47,795 nt of DNA from Prevotella sp. (GTDB lineage Bacteria; Bacteroidota; Bacteroidia; Bacteroidales; Bacteroidaceae): assembly GCA_017460765.1 (NCBI GenBank), contig JAFUAK010000159.1, forward strand, positions 1 to 47,795, given 5' to 3'. This document shows positions 10,391 through 18,779 of this stretch, one piece after another (the first letter of the stretch is position 1; every line of letters starts with the position of its first letter). The notes under the pieces were generated by a model. It did not search any database. It was given only the letters and a program-made list of their open reading frames with translations, and had not been told where the DNA came from. The translations under genes and the position numbers were made by a program.

Positions 10391-10416
10391 AGGGGTTAAC
10401 TTTTGGAAATCGGTTG

Positions 10417-10424
10417 CAAAATTA
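10417..10424 (-). promoter_or_regulatory. -7 promoter element for ilvC
   Basis: TAATTTTG(CA) on minus, with TTTG about 20 nt further upstream (caaa near 10446 on plus). Confidence 0.65.
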
Positions 10425-10455
10425 CAAATTTGGTATGAGACTGCCAAATTTTTAA

Positions 10456-11196
10456 TTAAAAAAACTGCACTTTACTTCGACAAGTCTCCACATTGCCATC
10501 CTTACAGATGCGGATGCAGTACTCCTGCTCTCCCGTCTGCTGACGGTAGAAACTGAGTTGGTCTCCCTGGTGCGCCTCGGCCACGTAGGCAATCTCGAGA
10601 CGCTTGATCTGGTGCTCGCGGTACCAGTCCATATCCCAGAGGTCGAGCACGTGCTCAATATATTTAACGGAATTGATGTGGCCATTGATATCCACATCGT
10701 TATAGTAAGTATCGATGGTGCGCACCAATTCGGCATTGTCGTCCATCTTCACACGGCCGCCCTTGTCGATGGGACAGTCCTTGTCCTTCACGATCCAGTC
10801 GTTGATGGCCCCGTTGTCAATCGAGAAAATGTCCGTCGGCTGACGGCTCTCCGTGTCGATCATCGCCCAGATGGAACGACCGTAGCCGTAGACCTTCCCG
10901 TCATTGTCCACCACGCGGAAGTTACGACTGGTGAAGTAGCGCATGGCACTCTCCACCCAGGTCTCCACATTGAACTTAGTATACATCCTGGGCATTTCCT
11001 CCATCTCGATGGCCAGCCGTGAGAGTACCCACGAACGCTGGATTGTCATCAGATAGCGCATGCCGAAGCCGCGGGCTGTCGAATGGAAGTCCGCAGCATT
11101 GAGCATGTGGTTGCCCAGGTGTCCCATAAAGAGCCGCTGCGAGAAGTCACAGTGAAACGGCTCCGCCATAAATTCGTATGTTCCGACTTTATCCAT
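10456..11196 (-). CDS. Acyl-ACP thioesterase
   Basis: WVLSRLAIEM and DVDINGHINSVKY motifs; start MDKVGTY at 11196. Confidence 0.88.
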   Translation of the reverse strand: MDKVGTYEFMAEPFHCDFSQRLFMGHLGNHMLNAADFHSTARGFGMRYLMTIQRSWVLSRLAIEMEEMPRMYTKFNVETWVESAMRYFTSRNFRVVDNDGKVYGYGRSIWAMIDTESRQPTDIFSIDNGAINDWIVKDKDCPIDKGGRVKMDDNAELVRTIDTYYNDVDINGHINSVKYIEHVLDLWDMDWYREHQIKRLEIAYVAEAHQGDQLSFYRQQTGEQEYCIRICKDGNVETCRSKVQFF

Positions 11197-11200
11197 GATA

Positions 11201-11809
11201 TTACTTCTTGACTGGAGTAGCCTGGACTTTGCCTTCCTCCACCTCGTCCTCAATGAAATCATGGATATCGCCGGCGATCTCGCTCAGGGCCAATCCGTAG
11301 CGCACGGTCTCCGACGGGGAGCCGCTACCCTTGGCATCGACGATGTCGAGGATGCATACCACCTTGCCGGACTTGTCGACGAACTCGATGGTACCGTCGA
11401 TGATGGTGCCGCCGGCCTTTGCAGAAGCCCAGGGATTGAAACTGCTGCCGCCGTTACCCGTGTCAATCGTAGCGATACGGACGATCATCTTGTACTCCGT
11501 GTCACCGCCACGCTCATCGAGACGCAGATAGTCGCTCTTACGGTTGAAGCGCACGGTGAAGTACTTCTCGGCCTTCTTCCTGTCGCTCGGCCAGTCCTCC
11601 ACAAAGTCGTCACCGCGCTTCTTCAGGTAGTCGGGGAAGAGCAAATCGTCCTGGTTAGTCACTATGGCATGGTCCCAGTCGATCTCGTAGGAGATCTTCA
11701 CTTTCTGCATCAGGATACTGGGATCGCCGGAATTGAATTTCACACACGTGTAGGCATTGGCCAGCACTGCCGTCACCAGCCCCACAAACATTAAAAGTAC
11801 TCTTTTCAT
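11201..11809 (-). CDS. Hypothetical secreted protein
   Basis: Signal peptide MKRVLLMFVGLVTAVLANA; TATCTTTG -7 element at 11835-11842; 4-bp gap to the thioesterase. Confidence 0.75.
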   Translation of the reverse strand: MKRVLLMFVGLVTAVLANAYTCVKFNSGDPSILMQKVKISYEIDWDHAIVTNQDDLLFPDYLKKRGDDFVEDWPSDRKKAEKYFTVRFNRKSDYLRLDERGGDTEYKMIVRIATIDTGNGGSSFNPWASAKAGGTIIDGTIEFVDKSGKVVCILDIVDAKGSGSPSETVRYGLALSEIAGDIHDFIEDEVEEGKVQATPVKK

Positions 11810-11848
11810 ATCTATTCTCATTAGTAAGTGTTTGCAAAGATACAGGCT

Positions 11849-13438
11849 TTATGGTATAGCCTGCTGACCGATGGACTTGATAATTCGACAAGAGTGCTGT
11901 TTGGTCTCACGGTCATAGTTAATACCGAGAAGCAACAACTGGTCACTGTATTCCCGCAACTTGGCAGGATAATCCTTGCGCAGGATTTGCGAGATGGCAG
12001 TATCTGCATCCTTGTTTACTTTCAGTTCCAGCACGATGGCTGGTGAGTCTACATTCTTGCGGGGGATGAGTACCAAGTCAGCAAAACCCTTACCCGTAGC
12101 CAATTCGCGATGGATGACATAATCGTTCTTGGCATAGTAATAGGCGATGGAAAGCACACAGGCCAGGGAGTTCTCATTATTATAACTGAGAATACTTGTA
12201 TGCTCGTCGTGTGCCGCCTCGATGCCACGGGCCACAGCCTCCTCGTCGCCTTCGAGCGTAGCCTGCAGTAGTTGCTCTGAGGCTTCAAGAGTCCTAACCA
12301 CCTCCATCCACTTGTTATTTTCGACTGCATTCACCATCTCGCCTGCCACCTCGCGGTTAGGGATATAACACTCGCTCTTCTTCCAGTCGTACGACAGATA
12401 GCCAAGGTGAATAAGAACCGTGAGCACATCGTCCTTACCGCGGATGATGGACATATCGTTCTGGAACTTGGTGGGATCCACTTTACACCTTCCCCCAGCC
12501 AACATACTGATGATGTTGTCTTTCAGGCCTTCGAAGTTCATATTGATATAACCGGCCACGGCATCAAAAGCACCCGTTGCAGCCCAGAAACTACGGCAGC
12601 GGCCACTGTCGATGGCTTGCATCACTGAGTTGGGGTTAAACATCGACAGTTCATCGCCTATCTGATAGCCGTCGTACCACTTCACGAGTTCGTCAAAGTC
12701 CATGCCATACTTTTCGGCCAGCATGCGTACCTCGCCTTTCGTAAAGCCAAAGAACTGTCCCATTCTCCTGGGTTCTACCATGGAGTATTCCTGAAAATTA
12801 TTCAGAGCCGACTCGGTCTTATACTTCTTTACGGGCAGGATTCCAGTCATATATGCACCGGCAAACACGCGCATCGCCTGCTGACTCTTGAACATCCGCC
12901 TCAGCCAACTGACATAGGCATCCATCGCCTGCGTGCCAGGGGCAAACTCCCGACAGATGGCATCCCACTCGTCAATGATAAAGACAAACCGCTCCTGTTT
13001 GGCTTCGCTGACCCGAAGCAGAAAGTCCATCAGGTCATCGTTCTCCTCCACAAGTACGTCTGGATAGGCTTTGCTCACGTCAGCCAGAAGGGCTGCATCT
13101 ATCTTTTCAACGATGTCGTCTGTCTTGTATCTGGACACGAAATCGGTCATATCCAGATACAGAGCAGGATACTTGTTCAGATGCTGCTCGAACTTGGGAT
13201 CGTTGGCAATCTTCAGGTCTGCGAACAGGCTGCGCGAGTCGCATGAGTGGTCGTAGTAGGCATAAAGCATCTTTGCAGCCATCGACTTACCGAAGCGGCG
13301 GCAACGCGTGACACAACTGAAACGACGCTCCGTGAAAAGTGTGTTATTCACGACAGAGATCAATCCCGATTTATCCACGTACTCGCCGTTACGAGCAGAC
13401 TGGAATCCTGCATTTCCTATGTTTAAATATGTACCCAT
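11849..13438 (-). CDS. AAA-ATPase-like protein with C-terminal PD-(D/E)XK nuclease domain
   Basis: YVDKS, RCRRFGKS Walker A variant, IIDEWD Walker B, WYDGY, C-terminal RELATGKGFADL...LELK. A multicopy family typical of Bacteroidales. Confidence 0.88.
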   Translation of the reverse strand: MGTYLNIGNAGFQSARNGEYVDKSGLISVVNNTLFTERRFSCVTRCRRFGKSMAAKMLYAYYDHSCDSRSLFADLKIANDPKFEQHLNKYPALYLDMTDFVSRYKTDDIVEKIDAALLADVSKAYPDVLVEENDDLMDFLLRVSEAKQERFVFIIDEWDAICREFAPGTQAMDAYVSWLRRMFKSQQAMRVFAGAYMTGILPVKKYKTESALNNFQEYSMVEPRRMGQFFGFTKGEVRMLAEKYGMDFDELVKWYDGYQIGDELSMFNPNSVMQAIDSGRCRSFWAATGAFDAVAGYINMNFEGLKDNIISMLAGGRCKVDPTKFQNDMSIIRGKDDVLTVLIHLGYLSYDWKKSECYIPNREVAGEMVNAVENNKWMEVVRTLEASEQLLQATLEGDEEAVARGIEAAHDEHTSILSYNNENSLACVLSIAYYYAKNDYVIHRELATGKGFADLVLIPRKNVDSPAIVLELKVNKDADTAISQILRKDYPAKLREYSDQLLLLGINYDRETKQHSCRIIKSIGQQAIP

Positions 13439-13482
13439 AGTCTTTCGTCATCTTATCTTGCCTCTTTATCGACTGCAAAAAT
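13400..13482. repeat. 83-bp direct repeat, copy 1 (5' UTR plus first 13 codons of the AAA-ATPase gene)
   Basis: 79/83 identical to 18415-18497 by manual alignment. Confidence 0.95.
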
Positions 13483-13507
13483 AAGAATAATATTTCAAAC
13501 ATCCAAA
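13476..13507 (-). promoter_or_regulatory. Promoter of the AAA-ATPase gene
   Basis: TTTG (13504-13507), 20-nt spacer, TATTTTTG (13476-13483) on minus. Confidence 0.7.
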
Positions 13508-13617
13508 CAATCCGTTCAAAACTTACGGGTGCTCAGTCCCTAGCACCCCATGAGCGGCGACGCCTAACTGGAATTCCTGATTGACAATCTCCATTTTTTA
13601 ATTCTAAATTTATTTAA

Positions 13618-13646
13618 TTATTTGCCCCCCTTAAAGGGGCAAATAA
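13618..13646. repeat. Inverted repeat within a very AT-rich tract
   Basis: ttatttgcccc-ccttaaa-ggggcaaataa. Confidence 0.8.
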
Positions 13647-13744
13647 ATTTAAAATTTAAATATTTATTAATTTATAATTAATTACGCGTATGTGGAAAAT
13701 CAGAAGCGCCGCAAGATCGACCTCCTCGACTATTACTTTGAGAG

Positions 13745-13810
13745 CGTCAAACCCAAAGAATTTTGACGCCAAACCCCGAGAATTATGACGTCAAAACCCA
13801 AGATTATCAA
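13745..13810 (+). repeat. Three imperfect 22-bp tandem repeats
   Basis: cgtcaaacccaaagaattttga / cgccaaaccccgagaattatga / cgtcaaaacccaagattatcaa. Confidence 0.8.
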
Positions 13811-13820
13811 GTTCCGCTGA

Positions 13821-13886
13821 TGTCCGTCACTGCCGGTCAGTGTTCGTCCATGTTCGTCAGCGACCTCTCAGAATGTTGTACCTTTG
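13821..13886 (+). promoter_or_regulatory. Four 10-bp repeats followed by the -7 element of the HU-like gene
   Basis: tgtccgtcac tgccggtcag tgttcgtcca tgttcgtcag (13821-13860), then TACCTTTG (13879-13886). Confidence 0.65.
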
Positions 13887-13955
13887 CATCAGAGAAAGCC
13901 AGTCGCGCGGCAGCCAACTCTTAACACTTCATTTTTAAACTCAAAACTCTCAATT

Positions 13956-14495
13956 ATGCCCGTACTCGTAAAAGTATCCCAGAACACGATCAAGAACTCC
14001 AAGGCCTTCGGCAAGTGGTTCGGTCACGTGGTAGCCACGAAGACGATGACGTATCAGGAACTCTGCAAGCACATGTCCGAGCACAACTCGGTCTATGGTG
14101 AGGACGTCTGTCTCGGCGTCGCCAACAAGTTGCAGTCCTGTATGCTCGAGCAACTGCTGGAAGGCAAGAAGGTGCAGTTCGGTGACCTCGGCACGTTCTA
14201 CCTTGCCGCCACCGGCACAGGCACTGCCAAGGAGGAGGACTACAACCTCGGTGTCAACATCAACGGCCTCTACCTCCGTTTCGCTCCCAGTCGTTTCGAT
14301 GTGAACGACCTCACCTCGAAGACGCTGAAGAAGAAGGCTACGCTGATGAACGTCAAGGACCTCATGGAGTCATCTTCCAAAAAGAAGGACGCTGCCGAGG
14401 AGCCTGCCACCGGCGGCTCTGGCGACACCACCGGCGGTGAGTCGACCCAGCCCAGCGGCGATGACACGCCCGGCGCAGACAACACCGGCGATTAA
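13956..14495 (+). CDS. HU/IHF-like (histone-like) DNA-binding protein, Bacteroidetes extended type
   Basis: LLEGKKVQFGDLGTF..LRFAPS HU-fold signature and a Gly/Asp/Thr-rich acidic tail; start MPVLVK at 13956. Confidence 0.85.
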   Translation: MPVLVKVSQNTIKNSKAFGKWFGHVVATKTMTYQELCKHMSEHNSVYGEDVCLGVANKLQSCMLEQLLEGKKVQFGDLGTFYLAATGTGTAKEEDYNLGVNINGLYLRFAPSRFDVNDLTSKTLKKKATLMNVKDLMESSSKKKDAAEEPATGGSGDTTGGESTQPSGDDTPGADNTGD

Positions 14496-14656
14496 GCCTC
14501 AGTCCCGAGGGGCATGAGTCCCTGAGTCAGGGATTGCACTATAGCCACCCAGGCAGTTCTCACACTGTAACAACATGCACATCACGGCTATCAAGTCTGT
14601 CCGATCAGGCTCATGCTCCTCATTCTCAAAGAATGTATCACCAAATCCAAAATCCA

Positions 14657-14764
14657 ATGAAACTATTCCGAATGCCCACCGCCGACAAGATCGGCAACTT
14701 CCTCTTCACGGTTATGACCGCCTTCTTCTCGACCTTCATCATCCAGAGTTGCGACATCATCTGA
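14657..14764 (+). CDS. Smalltalk-like small hydrophobic peptide (35 aa)
   Basis: MKLFRMPTADKIGNFLFTVMTAFFSTFIIQSCDII: short, hydrophobic, ends near SC, and sits just downstream of an HU-like gene, the usual context for such peptides. Confidence 0.6.
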   Translation: MKLFRMPTADKIGNFLFTVMTAFFSTFIIQSCDII

Positions 14765-14780
14765 TGACAGAGAAGCCCCC

Positions 14781-14809
14781 AAGCCCCGTTCCGACCGGAT
14801 ACGGGGCTT
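14781..14809. terminator. Hairpin between convergent genes (probably bidirectional terminator)
   Basis: aagccccgt...acggggctt stem. Confidence 0.75.
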
Positions 14810-17800
14810 TATGGTGTGGCCTCCTTGCCGATGATGACATTAGTGCTGCCGGTGACTTCGGCCTGATTGCCGCCGCCATACACATTGCCGCGGATGTCGG
14901 CACCCACAATGACGTACTTTTTGTAGTAGGTCTCATCATCATCTTTTTCAGTTCCTTCTTCAACAGCAATATAAGTATTGCCAGAGCGGGTATAATACCC
15001 TGTGGGGAACGAATTGTCCTTTTTTACCTCCTCATTACTGATTACCATATACACATCACCAGATTCTGTGCCGATATTCACATGCGTGTCACCCTTCACG
15101 TCGGCTGCATCACCGCCACCATAGACATTGTTGATGGCACCGATGGCACCTGCCGTATGAGACGGCACAGGGTAATTCCCTCCCGCTTCTGCATTGCCAG
15201 TGCGAACGGTTTCCGTTGTAGCATCCTCAGGAATTACTGTTCCCGAATGTTCGCCTTCGGACACGTTGATGTTCACAATGGGACTGGCTACCATCACGGC
15301 TGTCTCGCCATAGCCACCGCCAAACACATCACCGATACTGGTGAATGAACGGATGTTCACTACTGGATCTGGGTATGGGTTATCGCCCGATTCTTTTACT
15401 GATCCGTCATCATTGTACCCATAAACGGAATAAGCAGCCTCGTTACCACCGCCATAGAGTTTGCCAATGATGATAGGCTTACAACCCGTTTCCTCGATGT
15501 TCACCACGATGGGACCACCGATCGTACCGCTGATGTTGTTACCACCAAACACACGGTCGAACGTACCATTAGTGATTGTCAGCGTTACTCCACCCTGCAC
15601 GTCGGCAGCCTCAGCACCGCCATAGGCAGCATCCAGACCGGGGATACAGGCCATTAGCAGTTTTGCCTCGGCATCCATCGCCGCACTCTTGCCGCCACCG
15701 TAAGCCTCATCGACACAGAAATCGCAGCCACTCTCTTCCGCGAGCATTGTCACGGCAGTGATACGCACATTACCTTTGGTATTCGAACCACCAAACACAC
15801 GGTGAATAGTTCCGCCCTTGATGTCTACATTGGCCTTACCTGAACCATAGATATATGAACTGGTCAGCCGCTCTTCTTTAGTAACGGCATCCTCGTTGTC
15901 TATCCACTTTTTTCTCTCGTCATCATACGTGGAATAATTCGTGTAGCCCACATTGGCACCCGGGTTCTCTCTACGATCAGGCAACGGGTCAAGACCATTA
16001 CCACCGCCAAAGACCTCTTCTATTTCATAGGACTCGAGGATTTCCACCTTTGTGGATGGAGTCGACGCGGCATTACCACCGCCATAGACCTGCCGGATAC
16101 TTGTCTCGCTGCAACCTTCCACGATGACATGGGCATAGACATTTTCTTTTTCTTCATCCGTCCCCCTGGCCTTTGTGGGTTCGTAGGCCGCCAGATTGCC
16201 GCCGCCGTACACAGCCTCCACATCATACTTTTCTATTTCTTTTCCGAGTTTCGTTGAGATATCATTTTTACCTTCCGTCTGCGTGGCATACACATGCACT
16301 TCCACCGAGCCCTTCGGCGAACCGTTCATATCATTACAGCCGAATATCTTGCGGACGATGCCACCCTTTTTATTCTCCCTTTCAATCACACCTTTGTTCA
16401 GTTCCACTGTCACGTTGCCGCCTACTGTCCCGGCCTTGACAATGTCAGCGATATTTTGCGTGCTACCCTTGCCGCCGCCGAACACGCTGCCATAATAGTA
16501 GGCTGTCTCGCCCTCCCCTATCAGCGTGCCTATGGTGCCACCTGTAATACTGACAGTAGCATTGCCTTCCACGGTACCCATCTCACTGCCGCCATAGACA
16601 TTGCTCTTGATGGTTCCGCCACTGATGTTCAGTTCCGTCGTGCGGCATTTCCCCAGATCCTGCCAATGAGCGAGCGGTGTGGTCCCGTCCAATGCATAAA
16701 GACGCCCCATGGAGCCGGTGAATACGTTGCCACCTTTAGAGTACAACAGATGTTTCTGGTAATCGAAGTCTGTCTGAGGGACGTGGTTGGCTGTCTTGTC
16801 AATGGTTGTTTCAGGGTCGTAGTATTTATACTCATAACTATTACCGATCGTGCCGCCACAGATGTTGATCGTGATTTTACCATGCGTCACGCCTGATGCC
16901 TCATTGACCGCAACGGTATGATTACTTCTATCGATTGTCTGTTGTTTTCCGTCGGGAATTAATTGGCCATAATCAGCATGGGTGCTTGGCACCAGATAAG
17001 TACCCACCGATCCCAGTCGTCCGCCTCCATAGATACTGCCGAGCATGATGCCGCCTTTTATATCAATGGTCACATTTCCACTCACCACTCCGGCCGTCAG
17101 GGCATCACCGCCGAAGCCACGGCCGGCGCCAAACACGTTTCCGTCGACGTAACTGGTACCCCAGGTGCCGATAACGGGCGGATTTTCCGTGTCGGCCTCG
17201 CTGATTGTCATCTTCACGTCACCCAAGACGTGGCCGTCCTCTCCTCCGCCAAATACTGAGCCGTAGATGATGCCCCCGGAGATTTTCACGTCGACAGCCC
17301 CCACGTTGGTACTCTGGTTGAAGCGGAGGCGCTGGTCGCCCTTACCCGCGCCGAACAGATAACAGGTCACGGGATGGTCGGCTATCTCGCTTAGCGTGCG
17401 TGGCACGCCGAGCGTACCGCCCGTCATGGTGACATAACATGTGCCATCTACATTGGTAAGTTCATTTCCACCATAAACGCTGGTCAGGATATGTCCACCA
17501 CTGATGGTCACGTGAGTGCTTCCTTCAACCTGTCCGGCAGATTCGAGCCACTCGTATTCATCAGGGTCTTCAGCATTGGCTTTTTTCTTGAGATAGGGGA
17601 AATAGCCGGAACCGCCACCAAACACATTCCCATAGAATGTATGCCCGTCGGAACCTACCGTACTGGCAACTGCCGGGTCTGCAGGATGCTCGTCGTATGG
17701 CAGATATTCCTTCTTGCCCGTAGTAGGATTAACGACTCCATACTCCCAGTGGGCACATTCGGCCAGCCCGGAAGTCACTGTACTTTCTGCGGGATTGATG

Positions 17801-18453
17801 AAATCTTCTTCCGCATAGGCTGTATCCTTTCCTTCTCCGCATCCAATCTGTCCACCTTGGATGTCCACGTTGGTGTCATACCGCACACGACCGTTCTCAC
17901 TGCCGCCATAGACACCACCTGTGATGAAGGTTGAGCCGCTGATGGTCACGTGAGTTTCAGAAACGTATGTTCTAAAGTCAATATCCGGATCTTCTTCCGG
18001 ATCCTTCACGACACCCCTGCATGCGCCGAACACATAGCCAAAGTCATCGGGACTGTTGACACCATCCACCCCGGCACCTGTCATCGACATACCTGTCGGA
18101 CCTACCTGACCGCCACTGATTTTAACAGTACATATACCTGTATTATCATTAAATGTATCAGGTTTACCAAGAACACAACCATCGTGTGTCGGATGACCAC
18201 TTGGCAAAGTGACCCTGGTAGCGACTGTTCCAACCGAGCCCACATTGCCGCCTCCGAATATTCGGTTATGCACATAGCCGGCACTCATCGAGACTTCAGC
18301 ATTGCCTTTCACGTCAGCCTCGTTGCCACCGCCATAGACTGAGCCATTGATCGTTGGCCCTTGTGCCATCGCGCTTCCTCCCGCCAATAGTATCGTTGCC
18401 ACGAGCACCGCCCGCTGGAATCCCGCATTTCCTATGTTTAAATATGTACCCAT
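14809..18453 (-). CDS. 1214-aa secreted (V/I)(F/Y)GGG beta-solenoid repeat protein with a chimeric N-terminus
   Basis: About 25 GxV(F/Y)GG(G/N/S)...GxxxVxI units from the mature N-terminus to the last residues; signal h/c-region VLVATILLAGGSAMA; first 13 aa identical to the AAA-ATPase. Confidence 0.85.
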   Translation of the reverse strand: MGTYLNIGNAGFQRAVLVATILLAGGSAMAQGPTINGSVYGGGNEADVKGNAEVSMSAGYVHNRIFGGGNVGSVGTVATRVTLPSGHPTHDGCVLGKPDTFNDNTGICTVKISGGQVGPTGMSMTGAGVDGVNSPDDFGYVFGACRGVVKDPEEDPDIDFRTYVSETHVTISGSTFITGGVYGGSENGRVRYDTNVDIQGGQIGCGEGKDTAYAEEDFINPAESTVTSGLAECAHWEYGVVNPTTGKKEYLPYDEHPADPAVASTVGSDGHTFYGNVFGGGSGYFPYLKKKANAEDPDEYEWLESAGQVEGSTHVTISGGHILTSVYGGNELTNVDGTCYVTMTGGTLGVPRTLSEIADHPVTCYLFGAGKGDQRLRFNQSTNVGAVDVKISGGIIYGSVFGGGEDGHVLGDVKMTISEADTENPPVIGTWGTSYVDGNVFGAGRGFGGDALTAGVVSGNVTIDIKGGIMLGSIYGGGRLGSVGTYLVPSTHADYGQLIPDGKQQTIDRSNHTVAVNEASGVTHGKITINICGGTIGNSYEYKYYDPETTIDKTANHVPQTDFDYQKHLLYSKGGNVFTGSMGRLYALDGTTPLAHWQDLGKCRTTELNISGGTIKSNVYGGSEMGTVEGNATVSITGGTIGTLIGEGETAYYYGSVFGGGKGSTQNIADIVKAGTVGGNVTVELNKGVIERENKKGGIVRKIFGCNDMNGSPKGSVEVHVYATQTEGKNDISTKLGKEIEKYDVEAVYGGGNLAAYEPTKARGTDEEKENVYAHVIVEGCSETSIRQVYGGGNAASTPSTKVEILESYEIEEVFGGGNGLDPLPDRRENPGANVGYTNYSTYDDERKKWIDNEDAVTKEERLTSSYIYGSGKANVDIKGGTIHRVFGGSNTKGNVRITAVTMLAEESGCDFCVDEAYGGGKSAAMDAEAKLLMACIPGLDAAYGGAEAADVQGGVTLTITNGTFDRVFGGNNISGTIGGPIVVNIEETGCKPIIIGKLYGGGNEAAYSVYGYNDDGSVKESGDNPYPDPVVNIRSFTSIGDVFGGGYGETAVMVASPIVNINVSEGEHSGTVIPEDATTETVRTGNAEAGGNYPVPSHTAGAIGAINNVYGGGDAADVKGDTHVNIGTESGDVYMVISNEEVKKDNSFPTGYYTRSGNTYIAVEEGTEKDDDETYYKKYVIVGADIRGNVYGGGNQAEVTGSTNVIIGKEATP

Positions 18454-18497
18454 AGTCTTTCGTATTCTTATCTTGCCTCCTTATCGACTGCAAAAAT
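18415..18497. repeat. 83-bp direct repeat, copy 2
   Basis: 79/83 identical to 13400-13482. Confidence 0.95.
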
Positions 18498-18779
18498 CAC
18501 CTTGTATCTACGCTGGAGAGCCACCAACACGCTGCGCTCGGCCAGTGGATTCAAGCCTCGGAACGTGGTATGGCGTTTCAGTTCGTCCAATGGCATCTCC
18601 AACAACAATTTGGCAATACACTCGTCGGCAAACGAGTTGGACACCACATTGACACCAGTGAAGTCAAGGACAACCTTTTCCCCGCTGTTAATAAGCGGCA
18701 GCAACTTCTGGCGCAATTTCTGACCCATATCGCGTGTTCCGAAATCTGTCCCGTAGTCTATAAACTTAAACTCTACCAT
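18468..18779 (-). CDS. STAS-like domain protein (DUF4325-like)
   Basis: GTRDMG, VVLDFTGVNVVSNSFADE with the conserved STAS phospho-acceptor Ser region. Confidence 0.8.
   Translation of the reverse strand: MVEFKFIDYGTDFGTRDMGQKLRQKLLPLINSGEKVVLDFTGVNVVSNSFADECIAKLLLEMPLDELKRHTTFRGLNPLAERSVLVALQRRYKVIFAVDKEAR

Noticed and set aside
11197-11262. Extended starts in the ORF track (thioesterase 11262; likewise MaoC 9197 and HU 13884)
   Set aside because: The extensions overlap the upstream gene, a hairpin or the promoter; downstream ATGs fit better.
13745-13860. Short repeats as a CRISPR array
   Set aside because: The repeats are adjacent with no unique spacers, are degenerate, and no cas genes are present.
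14575-15348. 257-aa plus-strand ORF after the HU-like gene
   Set aside because: It runs through the terminator hairpin and antisense into the 1214-aa gene; the 35-aa peptide in another frame explains the region better.
13400-18497. 83-bp repeat pair as a DGR template/variable repeat or invertible promoter
   Set aside because: No reverse transcriptase or recombinase in the window; mismatches are not confined to adenines; the copies lie at gene 5' ends and are direct, not inverted.
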